DNA of 64,000 nucleotides from Minisyncoccota bacterium (GCA_041662205.1 JBAZSZ010000002.1:103266-167265); one strand, 5' to 3'. Numbered from the stretch's first letter, positions 27,066 through 37,248 are shown. The notes: generated by a model from the letters alone, not told the origin. A program made the numbers and translations.

Positions 27066-27272
27066 ATGAGTCAATCACAATATTTAAAAATGCTAGAGAA
27101 GGAAATACAAAAAATCAATAAAAAAATTGATTTGAAAATTCTCCAGGGGCAAGATTATCGAAAGGAAGCAAGAGATCATAAATTGCTTTTAAAAAAAGTT
27201 CGTTATAACTCTAGAGTTAGTTTGACGAACAGATTTGTTACTCTATTCTTCAGAACAAACATCTATGCATAA
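27066..27272 (+). CDS. Small basic protein (68 aa), translationally coupled to lexA
   Basis: MSQSQYLKMLEKEIQKINKK... The stop TAA overlaps the lexA ATG (ATGCATAA). It lies downstream of the SOS-box promoter. The ORF-track TTG-extended version (26982) overlaps the promoter and is probably spurious. Confidence 0.45.
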   Translation: MSQSQYLKMLEKEIQKINKKIDLKILQGQDYRKEARDHKLLLKKVRYNSRVSLTNRFVTLFFRTNIYA

Positions 27273-27843
27273 TTCCTATCAGGAAAAGATTGAATCTTTT
27301 TATAAAGAGAATAAAAGAATGCCAGCATACTCTGAAATGATGAAGTTATTCGGTTTCAAATCAAAGAATGCTGTGTTTCGAGTGGTGGAGAAGTTGATTA
27401 ACATGAATATGGTTGAGAAGGATCATTTGGGTAGATTAATCCCATCTGAAACATTTACAGAAAATATTTCTAGTATTCCCATGCTTGGTTTTGTCACGGC
27501 TGGATTTCCGGCAACGGTGGAAGAAGAGTTGGCAGATAAAGTAAATTTGGATGATCTTTTAATAAAAAATAAGCCGCTAACATATATGCTTGAGGTAGAT
27601 GGAGATTCAATGATCGATGCCCACATAAAACCTGGGGACATGGTACTCGTAGAAAAAACAAATACCGCTCGCGACGGGCAGATAGTTATTGCTGAAGTAG
27701 ATGGAGAATTTACGATGAAATATTTTCGCAAAACTGTTACAAAAGTCTGGCTCGAACCAGCGAATAAAAATTATAAACCGATTTATCCAAAACATTCGCT
27801 AAACATTAATGCAGTAGTTAAGGCGGTTATAAGGAAATATTAA
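27265..27843 (+). CDS. lexA: LexA repressor (S24 peptidase)
   Basis: Winged-helix N-terminus (MPAYSEMMKLFGFKSKNAVFRVVEKL), cleavage region, VDGDSM (Ser nucleophile), GDMVLVE, and the catalytic Lys region MKYFRK. Confidence 0.85.
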   Translation: MHNSYQEKIESFYKENKRMPAYSEMMKLFGFKSKNAVFRVVEKLINMNMVEKDHLGRLIPSETFTENISSIPMLGFVTAGFPATVEEELADKVNLDDLLIKNKPLTYMLEVDGDSMIDAHIKPGDMVLVEKTNTARDGQIVIAEVDGEFTMKYFRKTVTKVWLEPANKNYKPIYPKHSLNINAVVKAVIRKY

Positions 27844-27855
27844 TTTATAGAAAAT

Positions 27856-27882
27856 AAAAAATCCCCATTAAGGGGATTTTTT
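27856..27882. terminator. Bidirectional intrinsic terminator between lexA and hup
   Basis: AAAAAATCCCC-attaa-GGGGATTTTTT, an 11-bp stem flanked by A and T runs. A second perfect palindrome, attttatCTCGAGataaaat, follows. Confidence 0.7.
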
Positions 27883-27902
27883 ATTTTATCTCGAGATAAA
27901 AT

Positions 27903-28178
27903 TTAGGCAACCATGTCTTTCAAACCTTTTGCAGGTCGGAATTTTGGAACTTTCTTTGCAGCTACTTTTACTTGCTCTCCAGTCTTTGGATTGCGAGCCA
28001 TTCTTGCAGCTCTTGCCTTTACGGAAAAGATTCCGAATCCAGCGATTGAAACTTCACCACCCTTTTTCAAGGTCTGGATGATAGCGTCAAACATTGAATC
28101 AACGATTTCCTCAGCTTGTACTTTTGTACCACCGAGCTTTCCATGTACTAATTCGGCTAATGCTTGTTTATTCATATA
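27903..28178 (-). CDS. hup: DNA-binding protein HU
   Basis: MNKQALAELVHGKLGGTKVQAEEIVDSMFDAIIQTLKKGGEVSIAGFGIFSVKARAARMARNPKTGEQVKVAAKKVPKFRPAKGLKD. The ORF-track extension upstream to 28442 is unsupported. Confidence 0.85.
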   Translation of the reverse strand, partial: YMNKQALAELVHGKLGGTKVQAEEIVDSMFDAIIQTLKKGGEVSIAGFGIFSVKARAARMARNPKTGEQVKVAAKKVPKFRPAKGLKDMVA

Positions 28179-28313
28179 TATTTTAAGTTGATATTTATAA
28201 TATTTCGACCAATTAACCCTTATTTTTGATACCTCTACATTATATATCAAGGGTTTTTTAAGGCAAGTCTTTTGAAAAATTAAAAAATCTTTATAAATAC
28301 CAATCTTTTTAGG

Positions 28314-28385
28314 GTACAGATTTTTCAATAAAAGATTAGACTTAAAAAATCCTGAAGTTTGCTCGCCGTCGCTCGCAAAACCCCC
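28314..28385 (+). repeat. Family T2, degenerate copy 3 (downstream of rny, upstream of hup)
   Basis: GGTACAGATTTTTcaataaaagattagacttAAAAAATCCTGAAGTTTGCTCGCCGTCGCTCGCAAAACCCCC. Confidence 0.55.
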
Positions 28386-28410
28386 TAAAAAAATTGTATT
28401 TAAAAGATTT

Positions 28411-29940
28411 TTACCGCGCGTATTCAATAATTCGGGTTTCACGAATCATAGTAACTTTTATTTCTCCTGGATATTTGAGTTCTTGTTCTATTTTTATAGC
28501 TATATCGCGAGCCATAATTTTGGCTTCAGCATCTGATATTTTTTCTGGAGTAACAAAGATACGGATTTCACGCCCAGCTTGGAGAGCATATGATTTTTCA
28601 ACAGCGGGGAAAGCGTTTACTAGTGCTTCGAGTTCTTGAAGTCTTTTTAGGTAATTTTCTACTGAGTCTCGGCGTGCGCCAGGGCGTCCACCCGAAATCG
28701 AGTCTGCTGTTTGCACAATGATGGACTCAATAGTTTCATAAGGGTAATCCTCATGGTGGCTTTTCATGGCAGTGATGATGCGTTCATCTGCTCCGAATTT
28801 TTGTAAAATACGGATACCTATTTCAACATGCGTGCCTTGCACTTCATGATCTAGCGCTTTACCAATATCGTGCACCAAGGCCCCAGCTTTAGCTATCGCT
28901 ACGTCTGCACCTAACTCTTCTGCGAGCATGCCAGCGATATGGGCCATCTCAATAGAATGTTGCAAAACGTTTTGTCCGTAACTTGTGCGGAAATACAATC
29001 GTCCGATGATGGCGATGATACGTGGATCAAAATTAAATATTCCACATTCATAGACTGCTTGTTCTCCTTTTTCTTTTATTATTTTATTTATTTCTTCTTT
29101 GGCTTTTTCCACTAGCTCTTCGATCTTGGCTGGTTGAATACGGCCGTCTAAGATCAGATTTTCTAAAGCTAGTCTGGCGACTTGTCTCCTAATAGGGTCA
29201 AATGAAGAAATCACTATGGAGCCAGGGGTATCATCCACAATGAGTTCCACTCCAGAAGCTCTTTCAAAAGCGCGTATATTTCTGCCTTCTTTCCCGATTA
29301 TTTTACCTTTGATTTCATTGTTTGGAATAGCGACTACGGTGGTCATCAATTCAGAAGCCGTGCTAGAAGATAGGCGCTGAATAGAAGTTGCCAAAATATC
29401 TTTGGCTCTGCGGTCTAGTTTTTCTTCGTTACTGTTTTCTAGTTTTTGGATTCTAACTAAAATATCTTCTTCATATTTTTTTTCAACATCTTTTAAAAGC
29501 TCATCTTTGGCTTCTACTTCAGTTAATTTTGCTACTCTTTCTAATTCTATTATTTTTTCTGCTTCTATTTTAGATACTTTTTCTTGGATTTTTTTTATTT
29601 CTTCTACTTTTACTTTAATATTTTCTACTTCTTTGTTTACTTCGACTTGTCGCGCATCTAAAAACTCGTCTTTTTTAATGAGTCTTTTTTCTGTTTCTTT
29701 AAATTCAATTTCTTTCTTTTTTTCTTCTTCTTTTAGATAAGTGAGTTGTTCTTCAGATTTCTTTTTTGCTTCGTCGGTGATTTTTTGTGCTTCTTCTTTT
29801 GCGCCGACCATCATTTGTTTGATGTCTATTTCAATGGATCTTCTTTTTCCAAGGGCAATAATCAGACGAAGATAATACCCGATGCCAACACCAAAAAAGA
29901 GCGCTATGGCACTTATTAGAATTATTATTGTTATACTCAT
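28411..29940 (-). CDS. rny: Ribonuclease Y
   Basis: N-terminal TM helix, coiled coil, KH domain (GKIIGKEGRNIRAFE), and HD domain (HSIEMAHIAG...LVHDIGKA). Confidence 0.9.
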   Translation of the reverse strand: MSITIIILISAIALFFGVGIGYYLRLIIALGKRRSIEIDIKQMMVGAKEEAQKITDEAKKKSEEQLTYLKEEEKKKEIEFKETEKRLIKKDEFLDARQVEVNKEVENIKVKVEEIKKIQEKVSKIEAEKIIELERVAKLTEVEAKDELLKDVEKKYEEDILVRIQKLENSNEEKLDRRAKDILATSIQRLSSSTASELMTTVVAIPNNEIKGKIIGKEGRNIRAFERASGVELIVDDTPGSIVISSFDPIRRQVARLALENLILDGRIQPAKIEELVEKAKEEINKIIKEKGEQAVYECGIFNFDPRIIAIIGRLYFRTSYGQNVLQHSIEMAHIAGMLAEELGADVAIAKAGALVHDIGKALDHEVQGTHVEIGIRILQKFGADERIITAMKSHHEDYPYETIESIIVQTADSISGGRPGARRDSVENYLKRLQELEALVNAFPAVEKSYALQAGREIRIFVTPEKISDAEAKIMARDIAIKIEQELKYPGEIKVTMIRETRIIEYAR

Positions 29941-30151
29941 AAGCTTTGAGCGAGCTTACAAGAACAAACCACTATATTTTTGGTTTTATTTCCTTGCTGG
30001 AAAAAACTTTAGTAAAGATAGACAAATTTTTCTTTAAAAACTTCATAATATATGGATATTCCTGTGAACCAGCTATAATTAAACAATTAAAAGATTGCGT
30101 TAAATTTTTAAATTTCAACGCTCTAAGTATAACAAACAAATAGAGTTGTGT

Positions 30152-30763
30152 CTAGTTGTCTCTGTTTGGTTTAGAAACAGGGATTTTTGATTTGGTGATT
30201 ATATCGTCTATAATGCCATATTTTTTGGCTTCATTTGCGTCCATAAAGAAATCACGCTCTACATCTTTTTCTATTTCAGGAAGAGATTTACCAGTATTTT
30301 TTGCTAAAAGTTTATTTAAATTATCCCTAGTTTTCAAAATATGTTTGGCTGTAATAGCGATATCTGTTGCTTGGCCTTCTACTCCGCCCATTGGCTGATG
30401 GATCATGACTTCAGCATTTGGCAAAATAAAACGTTTGCCCTTTTTACCAGCTGATAGTACGATGGCTGCGCCTGAAGCGGCGAGTCCGACACAAAAAGTG
30501 GAAATATCTGGACGTACATGATTCATGGTGTCTACGATAGCCATAGTAGAAGTGACGGATCCGCCAGGGGAATTTATATATAGGAAAATATCTTTTTTGG
30601 CATCTTCGGATTCTAGAAAGAGAAGCTGGGCAATGACAATATTTGCCACATTGTCATCAATCGGACCTGCTAAAAAGACAATCCTTTCGCGCAAAAGACG
30701 AGAATAGATATCATAAGCTCTTTCTCCAAATTGTGATTTTTCTATAACTGTAGGTATTAACAT
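30152..30763 (-). CDS. clpP: ATP-dependent Clp protease proteolytic subunit
   Basis: [37 protein letters not shown]...[14 protein letters not shown]...MIHQP. The likely start is the internal Met (the ORF track extends to 30817). Confidence 0.88.
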   Translation of the reverse strand: MLIPTVIEKSQFGERAYDIYSRLLRERIVFLAGPIDDNVANIVIAQLLFLESEDAKKDIFLYINSPGGSVTSTMAIVDTMNHVRPDISTFCVGLAASGAAIVLSAGKKGKRFILPNAEVMIHQPMGGVEGQATDIAITAKHILKTRDNLNKLLAKNTGKSLPEIEKDVERDFFMDANEAKKYGIIDDIITKSKIPVSKPNRDN

Positions 30764-30801
30764 GTTTTGATAATACACCCGTTTTATACTAGAATCAAGA
30801 T

Positions 30802-31884
30802 ATGCTTCTTGAACCATTTTACGATCCTCTAAAATCTTATGAGGAAAATTACGAAAAAGGACCTTTTGGTGCTTTTGCTGATGGAAAAATAGAAAATCCA
30901 GAAAAGGGAGTCTTTGCTGAAAAGTATGATTTTTTGGGTTTCAAAGTAAATTCTCCTTTTGGTATTCCGGCTGGACCGCTTATAAATGGAAAATTTATGA
31001 AAGCAGCGTTCGATAAAGGTTTTGATATTTGTGTGTATAAGACCGTGCGTAGTGAAAAATATCCTTGCCACCCTTGGCCAAATGTTTTGTCGGTAAAGAT
31101 AGACGGTGATTTAACTTTAGAAAAAATGAAAGATGGCGTGGTTGTAGATAAGAATAATAAAGGAATACCAGAACTTATTACTAATTCTTTTGGTGTACCA
31201 TCATCTGAGCCAGAATCCTGGCAAAAAGATTTAACTAATTTATTAAAGAATACCAAATCAGGTCAAATTGTTGTAGGAAGTTTTCAAGGAACAAAAAAAG
31301 AAGGACAAAGTGTAGAAGAATATATAAATGATTATCGCAATGTAGCTAAATTACTTAAAGATACTGGGGTAAAAGTAATGGAAGTTAATTTGAGTTGTCC
31401 AAATGAAGGTTCAAACAATTTACTTTGTTTTGATACAGAACGGAGCGTAAAAGTGGTTGAAGAGATAAAAGAAGTTATTGGAGAAATTCCATTAATTATT
31501 AAAATCGCTTATTTTGAAGATGAAGAAGCGTTAAGAAATTTAGTACAAGAGATTGGTAACATAGTGGAAGGTATTTCTGCGATAAATACTATGCCCACTA
31601 AGGTGTTAGATGAAAATGGAGAACAAGCACTTTCTGGTGAAGGCAGGTTGGTAAGTGGTCTTTGTGGTCATGCCATAAAATGGGCAGGTCTGGATATGGT
31701 AAAAAGATTAAAAAAATTGCGTGACAAAATGAGATATAAATTTACCATTATTGGTGTCGGCGGGGTGACTACACCAGATGATTTTTTTGAATATCAAAAA
31801 GCTGGCGCGGATATTGTGATGTCAGCGACAGGGGCAATGTGGAATCCATATCTTGCAAAAGAGATAAAAGAAAGGTTAAGATAA
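30802..31884 (+). CDS. pyrD: Dihydroorotate dehydrogenase family (class 1 PyrD/DHPD-like)
   Basis: [18 protein letters not shown], and [20 protein letters not shown]. It lies upstream of pyrE and pyrF. Confidence 0.75.
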   Translation: MLLEPFYDPLKSYEENYEKGPFGAFADGKIENPEKGVFAEKYDFLGFKVNSPFGIPAGPLINGKFMKAAFDKGFDICVYKTVRSEKYPCHPWPNVLSVKIDGDLTLEKMKDGVVVDKNNKGIPELITNSFGVPSSEPESWQKDLTNLLKNTKSGQIVVGSFQGTKKEGQSVEEYINDYRNVAKLLKDTGVKVMEVNLSCPNEGSNNLLCFDTERSVKVVEEIKEVIGEIPLIIKIAYFEDEEALRNLVQEIGNIVEGISAINTMPTKVLDENGEQALSGEGRLVSGLCGHAIKWAGLDMVKRLKKLRDKMRYKFTIIGVGGVTTPDDFFEYQKAGADIVMSATGAMWNPYLAKEIKERLR

Positions 31885-31888
31885 AAAT

Positions 31889-32512
31889 ATGCAAGAGACA
31901 ATTGATATTCTAAAAAGTGTAGGGGCTGTCATTACTGACAGCCATTTTGTTGGTACTTCTAGTAGACATATGAATATATATGTGAATAAAGATAATTTAT
32001 TACCTCACCCAAAAGAAACATTTGAGATAACAAAAAGGTTGGCAGAGTTGTGTAAAGATTTAGATGTGGATGTGGTGGCTGCCCCTGTCGTGGGCGGAGT
32101 AATTTTGGGCCACTTAGTGGCTTATCATTTATCTATATTAAAAGGGAAAGAAATTTTAAGCGCCTATGCAGAAAAAACTGATGAAGGACCAATGGTATTT
32201 AAAAGAGGCTATGACACTTTAATTAAAGATAAAAAAGTTTTGATTATTGATGATACTGTCGCCACTGGTTTTTCTGTACATAAAATGTTGGAAGTTGTTC
32301 GAAACTTTGGAGGAAATATTGTTGCGATGGGAGTTATCGCAAATAGAATTCCAGAAGAAATAAATAGTAAAACTTTAGGTGTACCATTTTTGTGGTTGTG
32401 TGAAATTCCAGCAAAAACTTATGATGAGAAAGATTGTCCATTTTGTAAAGCTGGAATTCCAGTAAATACGAAAGTTGGTCATGGTAAGAAATTTTTAGAA
32501 TCCAAAAAATAA
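31889..32512 (+). CDS. pyrE: Orotate phosphoribosyltransferase-like PRTase
   Basis: PRPP-binding motif VLIIDDTVATGFSV. Confidence 0.7.
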   Translation: MQETIDILKSVGAVITDSHFVGTSSRHMNIYVNKDNLLPHPKETFEITKRLAELCKDLDVDVVAAPVVGGVILGHLVAYHLSILKGKEILSAYAEKTDEGPMVFKRGYDTLIKDKKVLIIDDTVATGFSVHKMLEVVRNFGGNIVAMGVIANRIPEEINSKTLGVPFLWLCEIPAKTYDEKDCPFCKAGIPVNTKVGHGKKFLESKK

Positions 32513-32515
32513 ATA

Positions 32516-33322
32516 ATGATTATCGACAAATACAACAAAAGAGCCAAGAAAATAAATTCACTTTTATGCGTTGGTCTGGATACGGATTTTGCAAAAATTC
32601 CAAAAAGATTTTTGAAAAAGAAATTTCCGCAATTTGAATTTAATAAATGGATTATCGAAGAGACCCACGAATATGCCGCTGCTTATAAACCCAATAGCGC
32701 TTTTTATGAAGCTAGGGGTGATAAAGGAATACGAGAATTAAAAATGACGATGGATTATCTGATAAAAAATCATCCAGATATTTTTACGATTCTTGACGCC
32801 AAGAGGGGGGACATAGGAAATACGAATAATGGTTACGTTGCTTCTATTTTCGATTGGTTTGGCTTTGACGCTTTCACTGTGTATCCATATTTAGGACAGG
32901 AAGCAGTGCAACCGATTTTAGATAGAAAAGATAAAGGAGTGATTTTGCTTTGCCGTACTTCAAATCCTGGAGCAAAAGATTTTCAAGATTTAAAGATTAA
33001 TGGAAAACCACTTTGGCAGATTGTGGCAGAGAAAGTTTCTAAAGAGTGGAATAAGAATAAAAATTGTATGCTCGTCGTCGGGGCGACTTATCCTAAAGAG
33101 ATGAAAAAAATTCGCTCTATTGTGGGGGATATGACTTTTCTAGCTCCAGGCGTGGGTGCTCAAGGTGGGGAATTAAAAGAAATGCTAAAAGCTGGATTAA
33201 ACAGTAAAGGTTTAGGCTTAATAATAAATTCTTCTAGGGGTATAATTTTTTCCAATAATCCAAAAATTGAAGCCAAAAAACTACAAGACGAGATTAGGAA
33301 ACACAAGCAGGAAATTAATTAA
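32516..33322 (+). CDS. pyrF: Orotidine-5'-phosphate decarboxylase (type 2)
   Basis: LCVGLDTD and ILDAKRGDIGNT. Confidence 0.8.
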   Translation: MIIDKYNKRAKKINSLLCVGLDTDFAKIPKRFLKKKFPQFEFNKWIIEETHEYAAAYKPNSAFYEARGDKGIRELKMTMDYLIKNHPDIFTILDAKRGDIGNTNNGYVASIFDWFGFDAFTVYPYLGQEAVQPILDRKDKGVILLCRTSNPGAKDFQDLKINGKPLWQIVAEKVSKEWNKNKNCMLVVGATYPKEMKKIRSIVGDMTFLAPGVGAQGGELKEMLKAGLNSKGLGLIINSSRGIIFSNNPKIEAKKLQDEIRKHKQEIN

Positions 33323-33333
33323 AAAAGAAAATA

Positions 33334-33445
33334 ACTAAAATAGGAAAATATCAAAATTTATAAAGCAATCTATCTGGTGTTGCTACACCAGCGAACTGCT
33401 CGGCCCGTCGGCCTGCGCAAGGCTTTCTAAATTTTTTATTTTCCT
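33334..33445. repeat. Family T1, copy 2 (downstream of pyrF), flanked by a perfect 18-bp inverted repeat
   Basis: aactaaaataggaaaata...ataaagcAATCTATCTGGTGTTGCTACACCAGCGAACTGCTCGGCCCGTCGGCCTGCGCAAGgctttctaaa...tattttcctattttagtt. Compensatory substitutions relative to copy 1 in both internal hairpins. Confidence 0.75.
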
Positions 33446-33631
33446 ATTTTAGTTTTCCACTTTTTCCACTTTTATCTAGGCTTGCTTCTGTGTGTAGAAA
33501 TGTTACTATCATTTTTAATGTATCAACAGAGATTAAAAGAGAAAAAGTCTGGGGAAAAGTTTGCCACTTCTATCTTTTTAAGCTCCATTATCAATATTTT
33601 ATTTTAAAACCCCTTTTGGGGTTATTTTTTT

Positions 33632-34900
33632 ATGAATCAAAAAACATCTTATATAAAGACAGCTTCTTATGAAGCAAAAAATGGAGAAATCGATAAAGTT
33701 TTGCTTTTATATTCTGGTGGGTTAGATACTTCGGTAATGCTGAAATGGATCCAAGATAACTACAATGCAAAAGTAGTGACTTTGACTATGAACCTCGGGC
33801 AACAGCATGATGATCTAAAAGCTATTGAAAAAAAGGCTAAGAAACTCGGGGCATTAAAAACTTATACTTTAGATGTCAGGGAAGAGTTTGCGACTGAATA
33901 TATTGCGAAAGGAATAAAGGCGAATGCTCATTATCAAGGAGAGTATCGTCTTTCGACTCCCATTGGTCGTGCCATTGTGGCTCAAAAAGCGATAGAAATT
34001 GCTCACAAGGAAGGTATCAAGTGTATTGCTCATGGTTGTACTGGTAAAGGAAATGATCAGGTGCGACTCGATGGGTATGTTTTAGCTCTTGATAAAAATA
34101 TGAAAATTATCGCTCCAGTTAGAGAGTGGGGAATGGATCGAGAAGCAGAAATCAGATATGCAGAGGAGAATAAAATTCCTGTTCCAGCGACGATTGATTT
34201 TCCTTATAGTGATGATGACAATATGTGGGGAATCACTTGGGAAGGTGGAGAAATTACAGATCCGAAACTTATAGTGCCAGTAGAAAAATTCTTAACCACC
34301 TATACTCTTCCTAAAAATGCGCCTGATAAAGCTGAATTGGTCAAATTGTCTTTTAATAAAGGAATTCCTACAGCAATCAATGGCAAGAAATTAAAACTTT
34401 CCGAACTCATAATTAATTTAAATAAAATTGCTGGAAAGCATGGAGTGGGAACAGTGCAACTTCTCGAAGACCGTTTGGTAGGTTTAAAAAATAGAGGCAT
34501 CTACGAACATCCTGGAGCGCACACTATTATCGAGGCGCATAGAAATTTGGAGAAATATGTTTCTACTAGACATCTCAATGAATTAAAAGAAATGATGGAT
34601 ATAAAGTGGGGCTATATGTGTTACGGTGCTTTGTGGTTTGATCAAACCATGGATGCTATTAACGCATTTAATGATTCCGTAAATGAGAGGGTTACTGGAG
34701 AGGTGACGGTGAGACTTTACAAAGGAAATCTAGAAGTAGTAGCTCTTACTTCTCCTTATGCGCTTTCTTACACTTCTTTTAACAACAGCGAAGGATATGA
34801 TTTTAATGTAAATAATAGCGCAGGATTTACAGAAGTATATACTTTACAGATGAGACTCGCTAAAGAAATTGATGATAAGAAAAATAAAAAAAATAAATAA
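33632..34900 (+). CDS. argG: Argininosuccinate synthase
   Basis: PP-loop LLYSGGLDTSV and a conserved C-terminal domain. Confidence 0.9.
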   Translation: MNQKTSYIKTASYEAKNGEIDKVLLLYSGGLDTSVMLKWIQDNYNAKVVTLTMNLGQQHDDLKAIEKKAKKLGALKTYTLDVREEFATEYIAKGIKANAHYQGEYRLSTPIGRAIVAQKAIEIAHKEGIKCIAHGCTGKGNDQVRLDGYVLALDKNMKIIAPVREWGMDREAEIRYAEENKIPVPATIDFPYSDDDNMWGITWEGGEITDPKLIVPVEKFLTTYTLPKNAPDKAELVKLSFNKGIPTAINGKKLKLSELIINLNKIAGKHGVGTVQLLEDRLVGLKNRGIYEHPGAHTIIEAHRNLEKYVSTRHLNELKEMMDIKWGYMCYGALWFDQTMDAINAFNDSVNERVTGEVTVRLYKGNLEVVALTSPYALSYTSFNNSEGYDFNVNNSAGFTEVYTLQMRLAKEIDDKKNKKNK

Positions 34901-34906
34901 AAAATC

Positions 34907-36109
34907 ATGACAAAATTGTGGGATAAAAAAGGAGTAAAGAATACTAACAGTAAGATAAGTCAAACCATAGAGGACTATACTGTTGGAGTTGACTATTTGC
35001 TTGACTTAGAACTTTTACCCTATGACATAGAGGGTACTCTCGCTCATGCCAAAATGCTTCATAAAATAAAAATATTAAACAAAAAAGAACTCGATACTTT
35101 ACTTGCTGGCCTCAATAAAATTTTAACGCTTTGGAAAAAAGGAGAGTTTAAAATAGATAAGTCTCAAGAAGATGGGCATACAGCCATAGAAGCATATCTG
35201 ACAGAGCATTATGGAGAAGTCGGCAAGAAAGTGCATACGGGGCGTTCTAGAAATGATCAATCTTTAGTGATGACTCGTCTTTTTAGCAAGGAAAAACTTC
35301 TAGAAATTAAAAAGAATGTTGAGATTTTAATTAAAGAATTAGAACAACAAATTAAAAAACAGGGAAAAATAAAAATGCCTGGCTATACTCACACGCAAAG
35401 AGCGATGCCTAGCTCGGTCGGCATGTGGCTCGGTTCTTTCTGTGATAGTTTGAAAGATGATCTGATTTTGATAGAAGCAGCGATGAAAGTCATCGATCAA
35501 AACCCACTCGGATCGGCAGCTGGTTATGGAGAAAATATTTTAGGATTGGATAAAAAATTTACCACAAAAGAATTAAATTTTAAAAAGGTGCAAGAGAATC
35601 CGATGTATTGCGCTATGTCTCGCGGGAAATTTGAAAATATGGTCTTGCAAGCTATTGGAGAAGTAATGTTTGATCTCGGTAAGATTTCAAATGACCTCAT
35701 TCTTTTCACCACTAAAGAATTTAATTTCTTTACTCTGCCAGATGCATTTAAAACAGGTTCTAGTATTATGCCTCAAAAGAAAAATTATGATGTGTTGGAA
35801 TTAATCAGAGGCAATGTCGCTATTTTTAATGGTTATCAATATCAAATAGAAAATATTATTAAGAATTTATTTTCTGGATACAATAGAGATTTTCAATTAA
35901 CAAAAGAACCGTATCTAAAAGGGATGAAACTCGCCATGAATACCATAGAAATGATGATCCTTGTTATAGAAAATCTTGAAGCAAAAAAAGTAAATTTAGA
36001 AAATGCTTGCAGTACTGAACTTTATGCTACTGATGAAGCCTTGAAATTAGTGAAAGCAGGGAAAAGTTTTAGAGAGGCTTATCAAGAAGTAAAAGAAAAA
36101 TATCAATAA
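34907..36109 (+). CDS. argH: Argininosuccinate lyase (fumarate-lyase family)
   Basis: HTGRSRNDQ and the signature GSSIMPQKKN. Confidence 0.88.
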   Translation: MTKLWDKKGVKNTNSKISQTIEDYTVGVDYLLDLELLPYDIEGTLAHAKMLHKIKILNKKELDTLLAGLNKILTLWKKGEFKIDKSQEDGHTAIEAYLTEHYGEVGKKVHTGRSRNDQSLVMTRLFSKEKLLEIKKNVEILIKELEQQIKKQGKIKMPGYTHTQRAMPSSVGMWLGSFCDSLKDDLILIEAAMKVIDQNPLGSAAGYGENILGLDKKFTTKELNFKKVQENPMYCAMSRGKFENMVLQAIGEVMFDLGKISNDLILFTTKEFNFFTLPDAFKTGSSIMPQKKNYDVLELIRGNVAIFNGYQYQIENIIKNLFSGYNRDFQLTKEPYLKGMKLAMNTIEMMILVIENLEAKKVNLENACSTELYATDEALKLVKAGKSFREAYQEVKEKYQ

Positions 36110-36112
36110 AGT

Positions 36113-37093
36113 ATGGAAAACATAAATCCTTGGAATTTAAAAAAACAAATGCTGAGAGATATCAAAACTAATGGTGGTTTTTCAAATTGCCATGCGCATT
36201 TTGATAAAGCATATTTTATAACTCGAGAAGGATTAGACAAAGCCATGATTGATATGGAGGTAAAGTGGTTTATGAGTGATGGTATGAAACGAAATAGTAC
36301 AGTGGAAGATATAAAGGAAAGAATCAGACGAGCCCTGGATTTTTTAATTGAGCAAGGGTGCGAAATAACTTGTACTTTCGTAGATGCTTATGATGCTGTT
36401 GGGCATAAGGCTATTGATGCGGCTGTAGCCGTGAAAGAAGAATACAAAAACAAAATAACTTTATTGATAGCGACTCAGCCACTCGGTGGACTCATTGACG
36501 ATAAGGCTCGCGCTCTTTATGAAGAAATTACTGCCAAGGCAGATATCGCCGGCGGATTGCCTTCGAAAGATCGCCCAGATGATGAAAAAAGTTTAGATTA
36601 TCTTTTTGAAATTGCGAAGAGATTAAACAAGCCGGTGCATGTGCACATCGATCAGGAAAATAATCCAAACGAACGTGATATGGAGAAATTGATTGCTGCA
36701 GTCAAGCGACATAATTACGAGGGGAGGACTGTGGCTATTCATGCTATCTCTGTTTCGGCGCAACCAAAAGAATATCGGATGAAAATCTATAAAGAAATGG
36801 CGGAGCTCGGTATCGCTGTGGTGGTATGTCCTTCGGCGGCGCTTTCTATGCGACAGCTAGATCAATACAATGCTCCAGTGCATAACTCTATTGCCAATGT
36901 ACCTGAAATGCTCGAAGCTGGAGTGCTGGTAGGCCTCGGTGTAGATAACATCGCAGACTTCTATGAACCTTTTGTGGATGGAGATATGTGGGTAGAGCTT
37001 CGCTTGATGCAAGAAGCTTGCAGGTATTACAATCTCGACGAATTAGTCAAAGTCGCTACTACTAACGGAACTAAAATTCTTTGGTATAAATAA
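36113..37093 (+). CDS. Metal-dependent amidohydrolase (cytosine deaminase-like fold)
   Basis: HxH metal-ligand motif NCHAHFD, later HVHIDQ, and a C-terminal D in GVDNIADF. The substrate is not assignable. Confidence 0.6.
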   Translation: MENINPWNLKKQMLRDIKTNGGFSNCHAHFDKAYFITREGLDKAMIDMEVKWFMSDGMKRNSTVEDIKERIRRALDFLIEQGCEITCTFVDAYDAVGHKAIDAAVAVKEEYKNKITLLIATQPLGGLIDDKARALYEEITAKADIAGGLPSKDRPDDEKSLDYLFEIAKRLNKPVHVHIDQENNPNERDMEKLIAAVKRHNYEGRTVAIHAISVSAQPKEYRMKIYKEMAELGIAVVVCPSAALSMRQLDQYNAPVHNSIANVPEMLEAGVLVGLGVDNIADFYEPFVDGDMWVELRLMQEACRYYNLDELVKVATTNGTKILWYK

Positions 37094-37121
37094 AAAAATA
37101 CCTTATTCAGGTAAAAGTGAG

Positions 37122-37158
37122 ACAGGCAGAGCTGGGTATAAGACCCTGCTCTGCCTGT
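37122..37158. terminator. Long GC-rich hairpin (11-bp stem) between convergent genes; with T-runs on the minus-strand side it probably terminates the 37249-37602 gene
   Basis: ACAGGCAGAGC-tgggtataagaccct-GCTCTGCCTGT. A second hairpin, ccggctgttttatgccgg, lies near 37205-37225. Confidence 0.55.
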
Positions 37159-37248
37159 TGTGATACTAAACGATAAAAAAAACAAAAAACTTTTTGCTTA
37201 AGCCGGCTGTTTTATGCCGGATCTCTTCCTTTTGTTTCCCTTAAGATC

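Noticed and set aside
28179-28442. Upstream extension of the HU ORF (ORF track 27903..28442, 179 aa)
   Set aside because: The HU fold is complete from MNKQALAEL (the ATG near 28178). The extension is low-complexity and would run through the T2 element and the rny terminator region.
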